64,000 bases of DNA from Leptolyngbyaceae cyanobacterium (GTDB lineage Bacteria > Cyanobacteriota > Cyanobacteriia > Phormidesmidales > Phormidesmidaceae), in the NCBI GenBank assembly GCA_965263355.1, contig CBDHHL010000056.1, positions 1,056,001-1,120,000 on the forward strand, read 5' to 3'. Made by a program: the position numbers and the translations under genes. This document shows, in pieces, positions 37,249 to 46,513 of this stretch. The notes beneath the pieces were generated by a model. That model was not told the DNA's origin. It ran no database searches and was given only the letters and a program-made list of their open reading frames with translations. Position 1 is the first letter of the stretch, and each line of letters begins with the position of its first letter.

Positions 37249-39608
37249 TGGAAGGGGGCTATCTCTATCAGTCGGGGGGGAGTTTACCACCTGATGCCCC
37301 CAGCTATATTCCTCGGCAGGCCGATGATGATCTGTTTAGGGCACTGTTGGCAGGAACCTACTGTTATGTTTTAACCTCTCGCCAAATGGGAAAATCGTCC
37401 CTACGCGTGCGGACCGTAGAGCGTTTGTTTGATGCTGGGGTATGCTGCGCTGAGGTTGAACTATTGGGGATTGGCAGCCAGGAGATTACCACTAGCCAAT
37501 GGTATGGCGGTATTATTCAGGTCCTGATTTCTAGCCTGGGGCTGCGGATCAATCGCCGGCAGTGGCTGCGGGAACATGAAGATCTCTCACCCGTGCAACG
37601 TCTGGGCACGTTTGTGGAACAGGTGGTATTGCCTCAAACTCAGCAGCCGTTGGTGCTCTTTTTTGATGAAATTGACAGTGTTTTGGGCCTGAACTTTTCC
37701 ACGGATGATTTTTTTGGCCTGTTGCGAAACTGGCATGAGCAACGGGCCACTCGACCGGAGTATAAGCGCTTGACGGTGGTGATGCTGGGGGTGGCAACAC
37801 CGTCGGATCTAATGAAAAATTCCCACGCTACCCCGTTTAATATTGGTTGTGCCATTGAACTGCAACCCTTTAGCTATAGAGAGGCACAGCCGCTGCTCGC
37901 GGGTCTGGCAGCCGTTACAGCTGAGCCTAAGGCTGTCCTAAGGGAAATTTTGGCCTGGACTGGGGGACAACCCTTTTTGACTCAAAAGGTTTGTCAGCTG
38001 TTTGTGCAGGAGTCAGGGATCCGGTATCTGGGCTCCGGGACAGGGATCCGCACTCAGGTTTTGCCGTCTGTACAAACGTTGATTCAAACTCGGATTCTTG
38101 AGCATTGGCAGATTCAAGATGAGCCAGAGCATCTGCGGACAATTCAGAATCGGCTATTGCGTAATTCCCGTTCACCCCAGCGGTTGCTGCGTCTTTATCG
38201 CCAGGTGCTTAGGCGAGGGGGAGTTAGCGCTGATGACTCAGCTGACCAAATGGAGCTGAGGCTGACAGGGTTGGTGACCCGACGCCAGGGACGGTTGACT
38301 GTATTTAACCGGATTTATGCGACGGTGTTTGACCAGGCCTGGATCGGGCGGCAGCTGACGGAGTTATCGCCCCAGTCGTCGTTTAGCCTGTGGCCCCTAT
38401 GGCAATCGGCAATCACGGGGGTAGGGGCAGCGCTGCTGGTATTGCTGATACGTTCCCTGGGGGGACTACAGCCAGTAGAATTATTTGCCTTTGACCAGTT
38501 AGTGCGATCGCAACCCCCAGAATCCCCAGATGACCGATTTTTGATCATCACCGTCAGTGAAGCCGATATGCAGTATCAAGATCGTCTAGGGATGACGCGT
38601 CAGGGCTCCCTATCCGATGAGGCATTACTGCAGCTGTGGCAAAAGCTTAAACCCTATAATCCAAGGGTATTTGGGTTAGACCTGTATCATGACTTTGCCT
38701 TTTCACCTCCATTGGCGGCCCAGCTAGACGACCGGTTTATTGCCGTCTGTGAAATTGGTCAAACCATTGATGTCGATACCCCTGTTAGCATTGCATCCCC
38801 CCCTGGGATATCTACCGAACAGGTTGGCTTTACCGACTTTGCCATCGATCCTGACTATCGCATTCGGCGTCAGATTTTAGGCATTGATCGTACAGAGGCT
38901 TGTAATACCAATACAGCCTTTAGTTTAAAGGTGGCGATGCAGTATCTAGCGCCAGAGGGAATTTTTCTAGAATTTCTCTCACCGGATGTGATCCAGCTGG
39001 GGAATGTAAAAGTGCCTAAAATTCCGCCTACGGCTGGCGGGTATCGGCTGCATCCAGAGGAGCAGGCAGGCTACCAAATTTTAGTCAATTACCGTAGCCA
39101 GAGTCCCCGGCAGATTCCCCTCAGGCAAGTATTGGCGGGACAGGTGGATGACCAGCTGGATGAGTGGAGTCGCGATCGCATCGTACTAATTGGCCTAGCT
39201 GACCCCAAAGATGCCCAATTTATCCCCAAACAAGCCGCCCGTATGCTCGGCGTCACCATCCATGCCCAAAAAGCGAGTCAGTTAATAAGCGCCACCCTCG
39301 ATCATCGCCCGTTGATCTGGTGGCTACCGGAATGGGGGGAGGGACTATGGATTTTGGCCTGGACCGTCGGGAGTAACGGTGTGGTCTGGGGCGTTTACTA
39401 TTCGCTACATAACCGTTCTTTGCATAGTCAGTTTGTGCGTAATTATCCCCTGGTATGTGTTGTAGTACTAACAGGTATGACCTTTATTCTTTTAGCTGGA
39501 TGTTACCTAACGCTGTTAACTGGCGGCTGGCTACCACTAGTACCGCCCCTACTTGCAATGGCGCTTTCCCTGGGTAGCTCTACCAAGCTGAATCGTCCCA
39601 AGTTCTAA
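37248..39608 (+). CDS. AAA_35 NTPase + TM + CHASE2 sensor + 3 TM helices
   Basis: YQSGGSL, SRQMGKSS, FDEID, TPFNIG, GGQPFLTQK; ELFAFDQL, GLDLYHD, DRIVLIG, GVTIHAQ (CHASE2). TAATG stop/start overlap with the upstream gene. Confidence 0.88.
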   Translation: MEGGYLYQSGGSLPPDAPSYIPRQADDDLFRALLAGTYCYVLTSRQMGKSSLRVRTVERLFDAGVCCAEVELLGIGSQEITTSQWYGGIIQVLISSLGLRINRRQWLREHEDLSPVQRLGTFVEQVVLPQTQQPLVLFFDEIDSVLGLNFSTDDFFGLLRNWHEQRATRPEYKRLTVVMLGVATPSDLMKNSHATPFNIGCAIELQPFSYREAQPLLAGLAAVTAEPKAVLREILAWTGGQPFLTQKVCQLFVQESGIRYLGSGTGIRTQVLPSVQTLIQTRILEHWQIQDEPEHLRTIQNRLLRNSRSPQRLLRLYRQVLRRGGVSADDSADQMELRLTGLVTRRQGRLTVFNRIYATVFDQAWIGRQLTELSPQSSFSLWPLWQSAITGVGAALLVLLIRSLGGLQPVELFAFDQLVRSQPPESPDDRFLIITVSEADMQYQDRLGMTRQGSLSDEALLQLWQKLKPYNPRVFGLDLYHDFAFSPPLAAQLDDRFIAVCEIGQTIDVDTPVSIASPPGISTEQVGFTDFAIDPDYRIRRQILGIDRTEACNTNTAFSLKVAMQYLAPEGIFLEFLSPDVIQLGNVKVPKIPPTAGGYRLHPEEQAGYQILVNYRSQSPRQIPLRQVLAGQVDDQLDEWSRDRIVLIGLADPKDAQFIPKQAARMLGVTIHAQKASQLISATLDHRPLIWWLPEWGEGLWILAWTVGSNGVVWGVYYSLHNRSLHSQFVRNYPLVCVVVLTGMTFILLAGCYLTLLTGGWLPLVPPLLAMALSLGSSTKLNRPKF

Positions 39609-39698
39609 CATGTCGAAGTTTTGTCTACGCTCAGGTCGATACCCCCTATTCCTTATAATTACATTGAAATGTGAGCGCCATTTAAGAAAAAAGATATT

Positions 39699-40517
39699 AT
39701 GAATCAACTATTACGCGCTTTTGGATTAATAGTTTTACCATTGGGTTGCTTTAGTCTATTGACCAGTCCAGTATCAGCGCAGTCATTTTTTCTCCCAACG
39801 ATAACAAACCAGCTAACCAAACAAACAACCGCACTACCCCTGGAGTTTAATAATAACAGTAGCACTGATGGATTTGATGGTCAGGGACGCCCCCGCAGTC
39901 GGACATCAGGTGGATCGCGGGGGGGCTGTAGCGATTTATTGGTAGCGCTGGTACCCGGCAGTGGTACAGTTGCTGCCAACTCTACAACAGTCTGTAATGC
40001 AGCTTCAACATCAGACTTAGCTACCACATTAGAGAGTAGTCCCACCCTATGGTTTTATATTCCGACACAAACCCAGTCCGCAGTTAGTGCTGAGTTTGTG
40101 TTGTTAGACAACAATGATCGCGTTCTCTCCAGCGAGATGATCACCCTGCCTGATGACGGCGGAGTGATTAGTCTTCAGCTTAGTCACTCCCTAGAAACCG
40201 ATCAGGTTTATCATTGGATATTTTCTATTCTTAACTCTTCGAGCCCGTCTGAAAATCCAACCGTTGAAGGCAGTTTACAGCGCATTGAGGCTCAGCCTGA
40301 GTTATCAGGGGCCCTGGCTGCTGCCCCAGACGCGTTGTCTCGCATTCGAGCCTTATCTCAATATGGTGTTTGGCACGATACTCTCCATGGGTTGGCATTG
40401 TTGTACCAGACTGACCCCAACAATAGTAATTTACAAAACAACTGGGTTACCTTATTAGGGTCTGTTGGCTTAGAGGAGATTGCTAAAGCGGCCCCAGTTA
40501 ATTGTTGTGTCAATTAA
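39699..40517 (+). CDS. DUF928 domain secreted protein
   Basis: Signal peptide, GRP..RTSGGSRGGC, LVALVP, PTLWFYIP, GVWHDTL, W..LL.SVGL. Confidence 0.85.
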   Translation: MNQLLRAFGLIVLPLGCFSLLTSPVSAQSFFLPTITNQLTKQTTALPLEFNNNSSTDGFDGQGRPRSRTSGGSRGGCSDLLVALVPGSGTVAANSTTVCNAASTSDLATTLESSPTLWFYIPTQTQSAVSAEFVLLDNNDRVLSSEMITLPDDGGVISLQLSHSLETDQVYHWIFSILNSSSPSENPTVEGSLQRIEAQPELSGALAAAPDALSRIRALSQYGVWHDTLHGLALLYQTDPNNSNLQNNWVTLLGSVGLEEIAKAAPVNCCVN

Positions 40518-40523
40518 TCACCC

Positions 40524-40544
40524 GTAGGTTGGGCATCGCCCACC
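40524..40544 (+). repeat. GTAG-type REP-like hairpin
   Basis: gtaggttgggcatcgcccacc just after the DUF928 stop codon. Confidence 0.45.
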
Positions 40545-40586
40545 ATCAATGGGCAGTAGTTTTGAATCGATAGAACAGTAAGTAAC

Positions 40587-41045
40587 ATGACAACAACTTG
40601 GACCAGGGTTGCAGGCAAAGTAATTCAAGGGCATGGGGTCGCATCAGGGCAGGCCAATGATCCGCGTTTCCCAGGGGGAACATTGCCAATGCAAATGCCT
40701 CTCTTTGCTACCCAGGGGCTCTGTCTTGATGCCTATTTTCCTGGAACAATTAATGTGTCTATTCACCCAAAATGTTACACGGTGCGTCAGGCAAAGCATA
40801 CGTTTAGGCAGATAAAATGGGCAGACAATGCGCCCCCTGAAGACTTTTCGTTTTTTGACTGTCGATTAGTGTTAGATACAGGGCGACAAGTACCGGGGTT
40901 GATTTATTATCCTCATCCTGAAACCAAGCCTGAACATTTTCAAGACCCTGCCACCCTTGAAGTGTTGACGGAGTTTATCGAAGGACTGAGTTATGGCATG
41001 GCAATTAGCTTAGAACTGGATTCAAGTCAGCTCAAGGTGGAATGA
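40587..41045 (+). CDS. Conserved hypothetical protein (possible CTP-dependent riboflavin-kinase-like fold)
   Basis: GKVIQGHGVASG and FPGTINV motifs; PHPETKPEHFQ. Confidence 0.6.
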   Translation: MTTTWTRVAGKVIQGHGVASGQANDPRFPGGTLPMQMPLFATQGLCLDAYFPGTINVSIHPKCYTVRQAKHTFRQIKWADNAPPEDFSFFDCRLVLDTGRQVPGLIYYPHPETKPEHFQDPATLEVLTEFIEGLSYGMAISLELDSSQLKVE

Positions 41046-41056
41046 TAAAAATCCGA

Positions 41057-41083
41057 AGGGCATCCACAAGGTAATGCCCCTAC
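41057..41083 (-). repeat. GTAG-type REP-like short palindrome
   Basis: Reverse complement gtaggggcattaccttgtggatgccct; lies between convergent genes. Confidence 0.65.
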
Positions 41084-41164
41084 AGGATTGTTCATTCTTA
41101 ATTAATCACATCCTGCCGATTACCTAACAAAATTGCTCAGTGAGGATATCTGGCAGACCTGCCG

Positions 41165-42166
41165 TTATTTGACTGAACTCTCAACCCGAAGATTTATATC
41201 TGACATACCAGAAACAACGTGATTAGTGGTTTTTATTGACGTTGACGTGCCATAAATCGGTGTAATCCCTGCCCGGTCCAAAATCTCTGGAATCAAATCT
41301 TCGCGGCGAATGGCCATAATGTGTACCCCCTGACATAGGGTTTGAGCTAATTTAATTTGCTCAGCCGCGATCGCAATACCTGCTTGCAGAGGGTCTTTGG
41401 CAGTGGCTAGACGATTTATAATCTCGTCTGGAATCTGAACTCCAGGTACGTTGCGATTAAGAAAGGCCGCATTTTTAGCCGATTTGAGTAGGAAGATACC
41501 CGCTAAGACGGGTGTTTGAGTCGGGGTCGCAATCTGGTCCATAAATTTTTCGAGACAATCAAAATCAGAGATTAGCTGACTTTGAAAAAACTGGGCACCG
41601 GCCTCAACCTTGCGCTCAAAGCGCTTTTGCAAGCCTGACCAGCTGCGGCACTGAGGATCAACGGCAGCACCCGCAAAAATATCGAGGGGACCATCGGGTA
41701 GTTTTTTCTCGTTTAGGTCAATACCTTGATTAAGTAGGCCAATGGTACGCAACAGCCGTACAGACTCCAGGTCAAACACGCCGCGAGCTTTGGGATAATC
41801 TCCGGCTTTGACCGGGTCCCCAGTTAAGGCCAACACATTATGAATGCCTAGGGCATTGGCCCCCATCAGGTCGGCCTGGAGCGCGATACGGTTGCGATCG
41901 CGACAGGTCATCTGACAAATTGGCTCAATGCCTACCTGCTTTAGTAACATTGCCGACGCCAAGGACGACATCCGCATGACGGCCCGACTACCATCGGTGA
42001 TATTCACAGCATGGACCCGCCCCTTGAGCATCTGCGCCATTTTGATCATATGACTGGGGTCGCCACCTTTGGGGGGCATGACCTCAGCGGTAATGATGAA
42101 CTGTTTATGTGCGATCGCAGATCGCAAAAGGGAGGAAACCGAATGGGAGCCGTTAGAAATTGTCAT
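41165..42166 (-). CDS. metF: Methylenetetrahydrofolate reductase
   Basis: TAEVMPPKG, NITDGSRA, CRDRNRIALQ, LALTGDP, GAQFFQSQ. Confidence 0.92.
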   Translation of the reverse strand: MTISNGSHSVSSLLRSAIAHKQFIITAEVMPPKGGDPSHMIKMAQMLKGRVHAVNITDGSRAVMRMSSLASAMLLKQVGIEPICQMTCRDRNRIALQADLMGANALGIHNVLALTGDPVKAGDYPKARGVFDLESVRLLRTIGLLNQGIDLNEKKLPDGPLDIFAGAAVDPQCRSWSGLQKRFERKVEAGAQFFQSQLISDFDCLEKFMDQIATPTQTPVLAGIFLLKSAKNAAFLNRNVPGVQIPDEIINRLATAKDPLQAGIAIAAEQIKLAQTLCQGVHIMAIRREDLIPEILDRAGITPIYGTSTSIKTTNHVVSGMSDINLRVESSVK

Positions 42167-42306
42167 CGGAAGAGTAATTATTAAAAACTATATTTGAAGC
42201 CAAACTATAAGGAAAATGGGAATGACCCACTTGCCCAGTCATGTATTCATTATTCTCTATGGTACGAGATGGTACGAGACGATGGATACACCCACTTAGG
42301 CACGCC

Positions 42307-43317
42307 TTAGATCGGCTTGGCATATCCCAGGGCATCCTTAACCTTGGCTAACGTACGATTGGCAATGCTCCGGGCTTTTTCATTCCCCCGTTTGAGGACT
42401 GATTCTAAATAGCTGCGATCGTCCATCAGGGCCTGGTATTTTTCTTGGATGGGTTGTAGGGCTGCGATCGCAGTCTCCGTCAGCAAAGGCTTAAATTGCC
42501 CCCAGCCCATATCCGCACATGCCGCTGCCACCGCTTCCTTTTCTTGCCCCGATAGCAGCATATATAGCGTTAGCAAGTTATTACACTCAGGCCGTTCTGG
42601 ATTCCCAAACTCCAACCCTCGCATAGGGTCAGTCTTACACTTTTTAATTTTCTTTTTAATCAGATCAGGAGTGTCCCCAATCTCAATCCGACTCAGCTCA
42701 GACGGATCTGACTTAGACATTTTCTTAGTACCATCGGTCAGACTCATCACCCGAGCCCCATCAGTCCGAATCAACGCATCCGGCACCTTAAGCACCGGTT
42801 CTTTTTTCTTGCCAAACTGGTGATTAAGCCGCACCGCAATGTCGCGAGTAAGCTCAATATGCTGCTTTTGGTCCTCCCCAACAGGCACGATATCAGGCTC
42901 ATACAGCAAAATGTCCGCCGACTGTAGCACCGGATAATCCAGTAGGCCAACACTGACATTTTCCCCCTGTTTAACCGCCTTTTCCTTAAACTGAATCATC
43001 CGTTCTAACCAGTTCAATGGGGTGATGCAGTTAAACAACCAGGCCAGTTCGCTGTGGGCACTCACATGGGACTGCACAAACACAGTTGAACGGTCTGGAT
43101 CAATGCCACAGGCCAAATACGCTGCTGCCACCTTATACGTATTTTCCGCCAATAGCTTTGGATCATGGGGCACCGTAATTGCGTGTAAATCCGCTAGAAA
43201 CAGGAAACATTCATAATCATCCTGCATCTCTACCCAATTACGAATCGCACCGAGGTAGTTCCCCAAATGTAAATTACCAGTGGTTTGAATGCCTGAAAGA
43301 ATACGTTTTTTAGTCAT
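42307..43317 (-). CDS. trpS: Tryptophan--tRNA ligase
   Basis: HLGNYLGA (HIGH-like), YPVLQSADIL, VPVGEDQKQH, KMSKS. Confidence 0.97.
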   Translation of the reverse strand: MTKKRILSGIQTTGNLHLGNYLGAIRNWVEMQDDYECFLFLADLHAITVPHDPKLLAENTYKVAAAYLACGIDPDRSTVFVQSHVSAHSELAWLFNCITPLNWLERMIQFKEKAVKQGENVSVGLLDYPVLQSADILLYEPDIVPVGEDQKQHIELTRDIAVRLNHQFGKKKEPVLKVPDALIRTDGARVMSLTDGTKKMSKSDPSELSRIEIGDTPDLIKKKIKKCKTDPMRGLEFGNPERPECNNLLTLYMLLSGQEKEAVAAACADMGWGQFKPLLTETAIAALQPIQEKYQALMDDRSYLESVLKRGNEKARSIANRTLAKVKDALGYAKPI

Positions 43318-44072
43318 AGCTGGAGAACGGGGATTATGGCTAGAGATAACGATCTTATAGGACTACCGAGGGGGACTGAGATAGAAATTCAGGGCTTGCA
43401 GTGGACAAGATTTAATAGCCAAAATTTAGAGCTTGATGCAAGACCAAACAAGACCAAAGGAACCTTTATGTTCCTTAACCAGAGAAATATACACATAAAT
43501 TTCATATTATTTCCTGTACACCCCTTCCACCAGGTGTAGTTTTAATTGACTGACAAACGCACGTTCACACTTACGTCACGCCACCTTTTTACAGCTCAAA
43601 TCCCTGATAAATCAACTGTTTGCAGTTTATTCAATATACTTAAGCTGGCATCAATTTATGACCTTCACTGACGTATTAACCCTGGCCTTGTCCGTACTCA
43701 AGGATATGTGACCAAAATTTCCGGATAAATCTTTAGTTAAATTTACTGATGATTTTTACCATTTATGCAAAGACTATGAGACATAAAGTTCCCTATATAA
43801 TTTACCTATGTGGATAATTAGCACGATATTGGAGGGTGGCGATATCGAAGAAGCCATCGCCATGGCCGTGGCGATGAACGCCAAGCGCCCTAGTCATTTA
43901 CCGCCCCAAGGTTTTTTATTATCAATGCTGGCTCGTATTAGCCATAAAAAATCAGAGTTTCAGGGAGCTGTCGACGTGACCGTTCTTGAAGGTAGTCGTA
44001 CCTCGTAACGGCATTCTAGAGAAACTCGATAAGTAAGACATACCCAGCCATCTTCCCCCTAGGGCTCTACAG

Positions 44073-44291
44073 TCAGCTAACGGGAGGGGCTTTGTGTTTT
44101 CTAGCTGAAAGTATCCATAGTTTTTGACTCATCCAAGCCAGTGACCAGACGAGATCAGGATGTTGATAGCCTTCATCAACCCGATGTTCTAACTCGGACA
44201 ATAGCCAATTTGCGACTATTGTTAACTGTTGAGAATCTAAAGACTCAACCAACTGCTGTTCTGCAGAATTTTGGGGCAATCGTTCAACCAT
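44073..44291 (-). CDS. Hypothetical protein (72 aa)
   Basis: ATG-initiated ORF with protein-like composition in an otherwise empty interval; no motif recognised. Confidence 0.4.
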   Translation of the reverse strand: MVERLPQNSAEQQLVESLDSQQLTIVANWLLSELEHRVDEGYQHPDLVWSLAWMSQKLWILSARKHKAPPVS

Positions 44292-44637
44292 GCTCTTAAA
44301 TGCTTAAGATTCTGCTCTTGTTTAGTTTGGCTCGATTTGCTACCGGAGTGCTAGAGCAAGGTAGCTGAATGTTGCAAATGTGGAGTCCATGGTTTACCTT
44401 CCATACCTGTTTGCTGTGGCCATAGTATAAACAGGATATCTTTGGTTCCCCTTGGGGCTAAGGTCCTAATCTGCATGGGACTTTAGTACCATCCTCTATC
44501 TATCAATCTATTAATTCTGTGAGCTTGTTAGTGTAGCAGAATCTTCTAATAGTGTTACGGGCAACCTTGATTGACTGCCAAAGGGTGCAACGGCTTGTGT
44601 CCTATTATGGAAGACTGCTTATTAGTTTTCCTGAGCC

Positions 44638-45027
44638 ATGGCCAAGTGGCCCCTTAAAACAGAATTTACCTTTGATGCCGCCCATTTCATCAAAGACTAT
44701 GCCGGTCCCTGTGAACGAATGCATGGTCACACCTATCGGGTACGGATGGAAGCGATCGCGACCAAGCTACATAGCTCTGAATATTGTCCCCATAAGGTGA
44801 TGGTGACGGATTTTCGCACACTACGTTGGGCCAAGCGTGATGTGGAAAAGGGAGGGTTAGACCATTGTTTACTCAATGATGTACTGCCCGAGGGCTATGA
44901 AACCACAGCGGCAATGATTGCCAAGTTTATTGATGACAAAACGTGCAAAGAGTTGTCCGCAGGCGTCACGTTAAAGGTTTGTGTGTCTGAAACACCGGAC
45001 TCCTGGGTGGAATATGAGGAGGATTGA
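44638..45027 (+). CDS. queD: 6-carboxytetrahydropterin synthase
   Basis: FDAAH, C..MHGHTY, LDH, VSET. Confidence 0.9.
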   Translation: MAKWPLKTEFTFDAAHFIKDYAGPCERMHGHTYRVRMEAIATKLHSSEYCPHKVMVTDFRTLRWAKRDVEKGGLDHCLLNDVLPEGYETTAAMIAKFIDDKTCKELSAGVTLKVCVSETPDSWVEYEED

Positions 45028-45680
45028 TGACTTTGATAAAGCAGAAATCGTCTCAAACGGTGGACAATACCCACCCTACTGCCCATAACCCATATCCCAT
45101 TGTCGAAACGTTTCATTCGGTTCAGGGGGAAGGTCTGTGGACAGGGACCAATGCATTTTTTATTCGTTTAGCAGGATGCGATGTCGGGTGTCCCTGGTGT
45201 GACACAAAGATTTCTTGGAGTCCAAAACCTCACGCTAGCGTTACGGTTGACCATTTAGTGCAACAGGCTCAATCGGCCCAACCATTTATGGTGGTCATTA
45301 CTGGGGGTGAACCCCTAATGCATGATCTGACGCCTCTAACCCAATCTTTAAAGCAAGCGGGGTTACGGCTTCATCTAGAAACCTCAGGGGCCCATCGTCT
45401 TAGTGGTCAATTTGATTGGATATCCCTTTCGCCCAAACGGTTTAAGCCACCTCAGCCAGAGATTTATGCCTATGCTGATGAATTGAAAGTCGTCATTGCC
45501 GAGGCTGATGACCTGGTTTGGGCCGCAGCACAAGCAGCTCAGGTGCCTGCCACTACGGTTAAACTTCTACAGCCAGAGTGGACCAGTGATCAAAGTCAGC
45601 AACTGGTCGTTGACTATGTCAAACAGCATCCAGACTGGCGGATTAGTTTGCAAACTCACAAGTTTTTAGGGGTTAGGTAG
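45024..45680 (+). CDS. queE: 7-carboxy-7-deazaguanine synthase (radical SAM)
   Basis: ETFHSVQGEG, CDVGCPWCD, TGGEP, SLQTHK. Confidence 0.93.
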   Translation: MMTLIKQKSSQTVDNTHPTAHNPYPIVETFHSVQGEGLWTGTNAFFIRLAGCDVGCPWCDTKISWSPKPHASVTVDHLVQQAQSAQPFMVVITGGEPLMHDLTPLTQSLKQAGLRLHLETSGAHRLSGQFDWISLSPKRFKPPQPEIYAYADELKVVIAEADDLVWAAAQAAQVPATTVKLLQPEWTSDQSQQLVVDYVKQHPDWRISLQTHKFLGVR

Positions 45681-45687
45681 GTATTGA

Positions 45688-46362
45688 ATGGAAAAAGCCG
45701 TTATTTTGCTATCCGGTGGGTTAGACTCTGCCACTGCGGCAGCCCAGGCAATTGCCGATGGATATGCCCCGATTGCCCTATCATTTCGCTATGGCCAGCG
45801 TCATGCTCGGGAACTGCTGGCGGCTAAGGTAATCGCTAACCATTTGGGCATTAACCAACATTTTATTGTGGATGTAAATCTAGCCCAGTGGGGAGGATCT
45901 GCGCTTACCGATACCCAGCAAAGCTTGCCCCAGGAGGGGGTGGCACCCAATGTAATTCCATCCACCTATGTGCCGGGACGCAATACGGTATTTATTTCCC
46001 TGGCCCTATCCCTGGCCGAAGCCCAGGCTGCCGAAGCGATTTATCTGGGTATCAATGCAGTGGATTATTCGGGTTATCCAGACTGTCGACCTGAATATTT
46101 AGAGGCGTTTCAAACATTGGCAAACCTATCGTCAAAGGTGGGGGTAGAAGGCAAACCAATTGAGTTAAAAGCGCCGTTAGTAATGGATTCTAAGGTGGAT
46201 ATTGTGAAACGGGCGGTGGCATTGAACGTGCCAATTCCGCAGACCTGGTCTTGTTATGCCGGTGGAGATCGGCCCTGCGGCAAATGTGATTCCTGCCGAA
46301 TTCGCGATCAGGCACTGATCGAAGCAGGATATCCGCAGTGGACTAGTCGAGCTATGGAATAG
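45688..46362 (+). CDS. queC: 7-cyano-7-deazaguanine synthase
   Basis: SGGLDS, YGQRH, TYVPGRN, YPDCR, TWSCY, CGKCDSC. Confidence 0.96.
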   Translation: MEKAVILLSGGLDSATAAAQAIADGYAPIALSFRYGQRHARELLAAKVIANHLGINQHFIVDVNLAQWGGSALTDTQQSLPQEGVAPNVIPSTYVPGRNTVFISLALSLAEAQAAEAIYLGINAVDYSGYPDCRPEYLEAFQTLANLSSKVGVEGKPIELKAPLVMDSKVDIVKRAVALNVPIPQTWSCYAGGDRPCGKCDSCRIRDQALIEAGYPQWTSRAME

Positions 46363-46513
46363 TCTAAACAGTATTCGTTTTTCTGGTTCCTTAAAGCAAC
46401 AGTAAAGTACGAAATCTTGGCTTTTGCACTTTACTGTGTGAATGTAAGATAGCGCCTATGGGGATAGAGATCTGATTTACGGTAGAAATAACGAAGCTTG
46501 CTTCAAGTTTTCC

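Noticed and set aside
43336..44008. Short ORFs and a small inverted repeat upstream of trpS as a T-box or ncRNA
   Set aside because: No recognisable T-box or riboswitch consensus; the ORFs lack RBS or motif support.
44638..46362. queDEC as part of a 7-deazaguanine DNA-modification (dpd) defence system
   Set aside because: No dpdA/tgt-like or other dpd genes nearby; most simply queuosine precursor synthesis.
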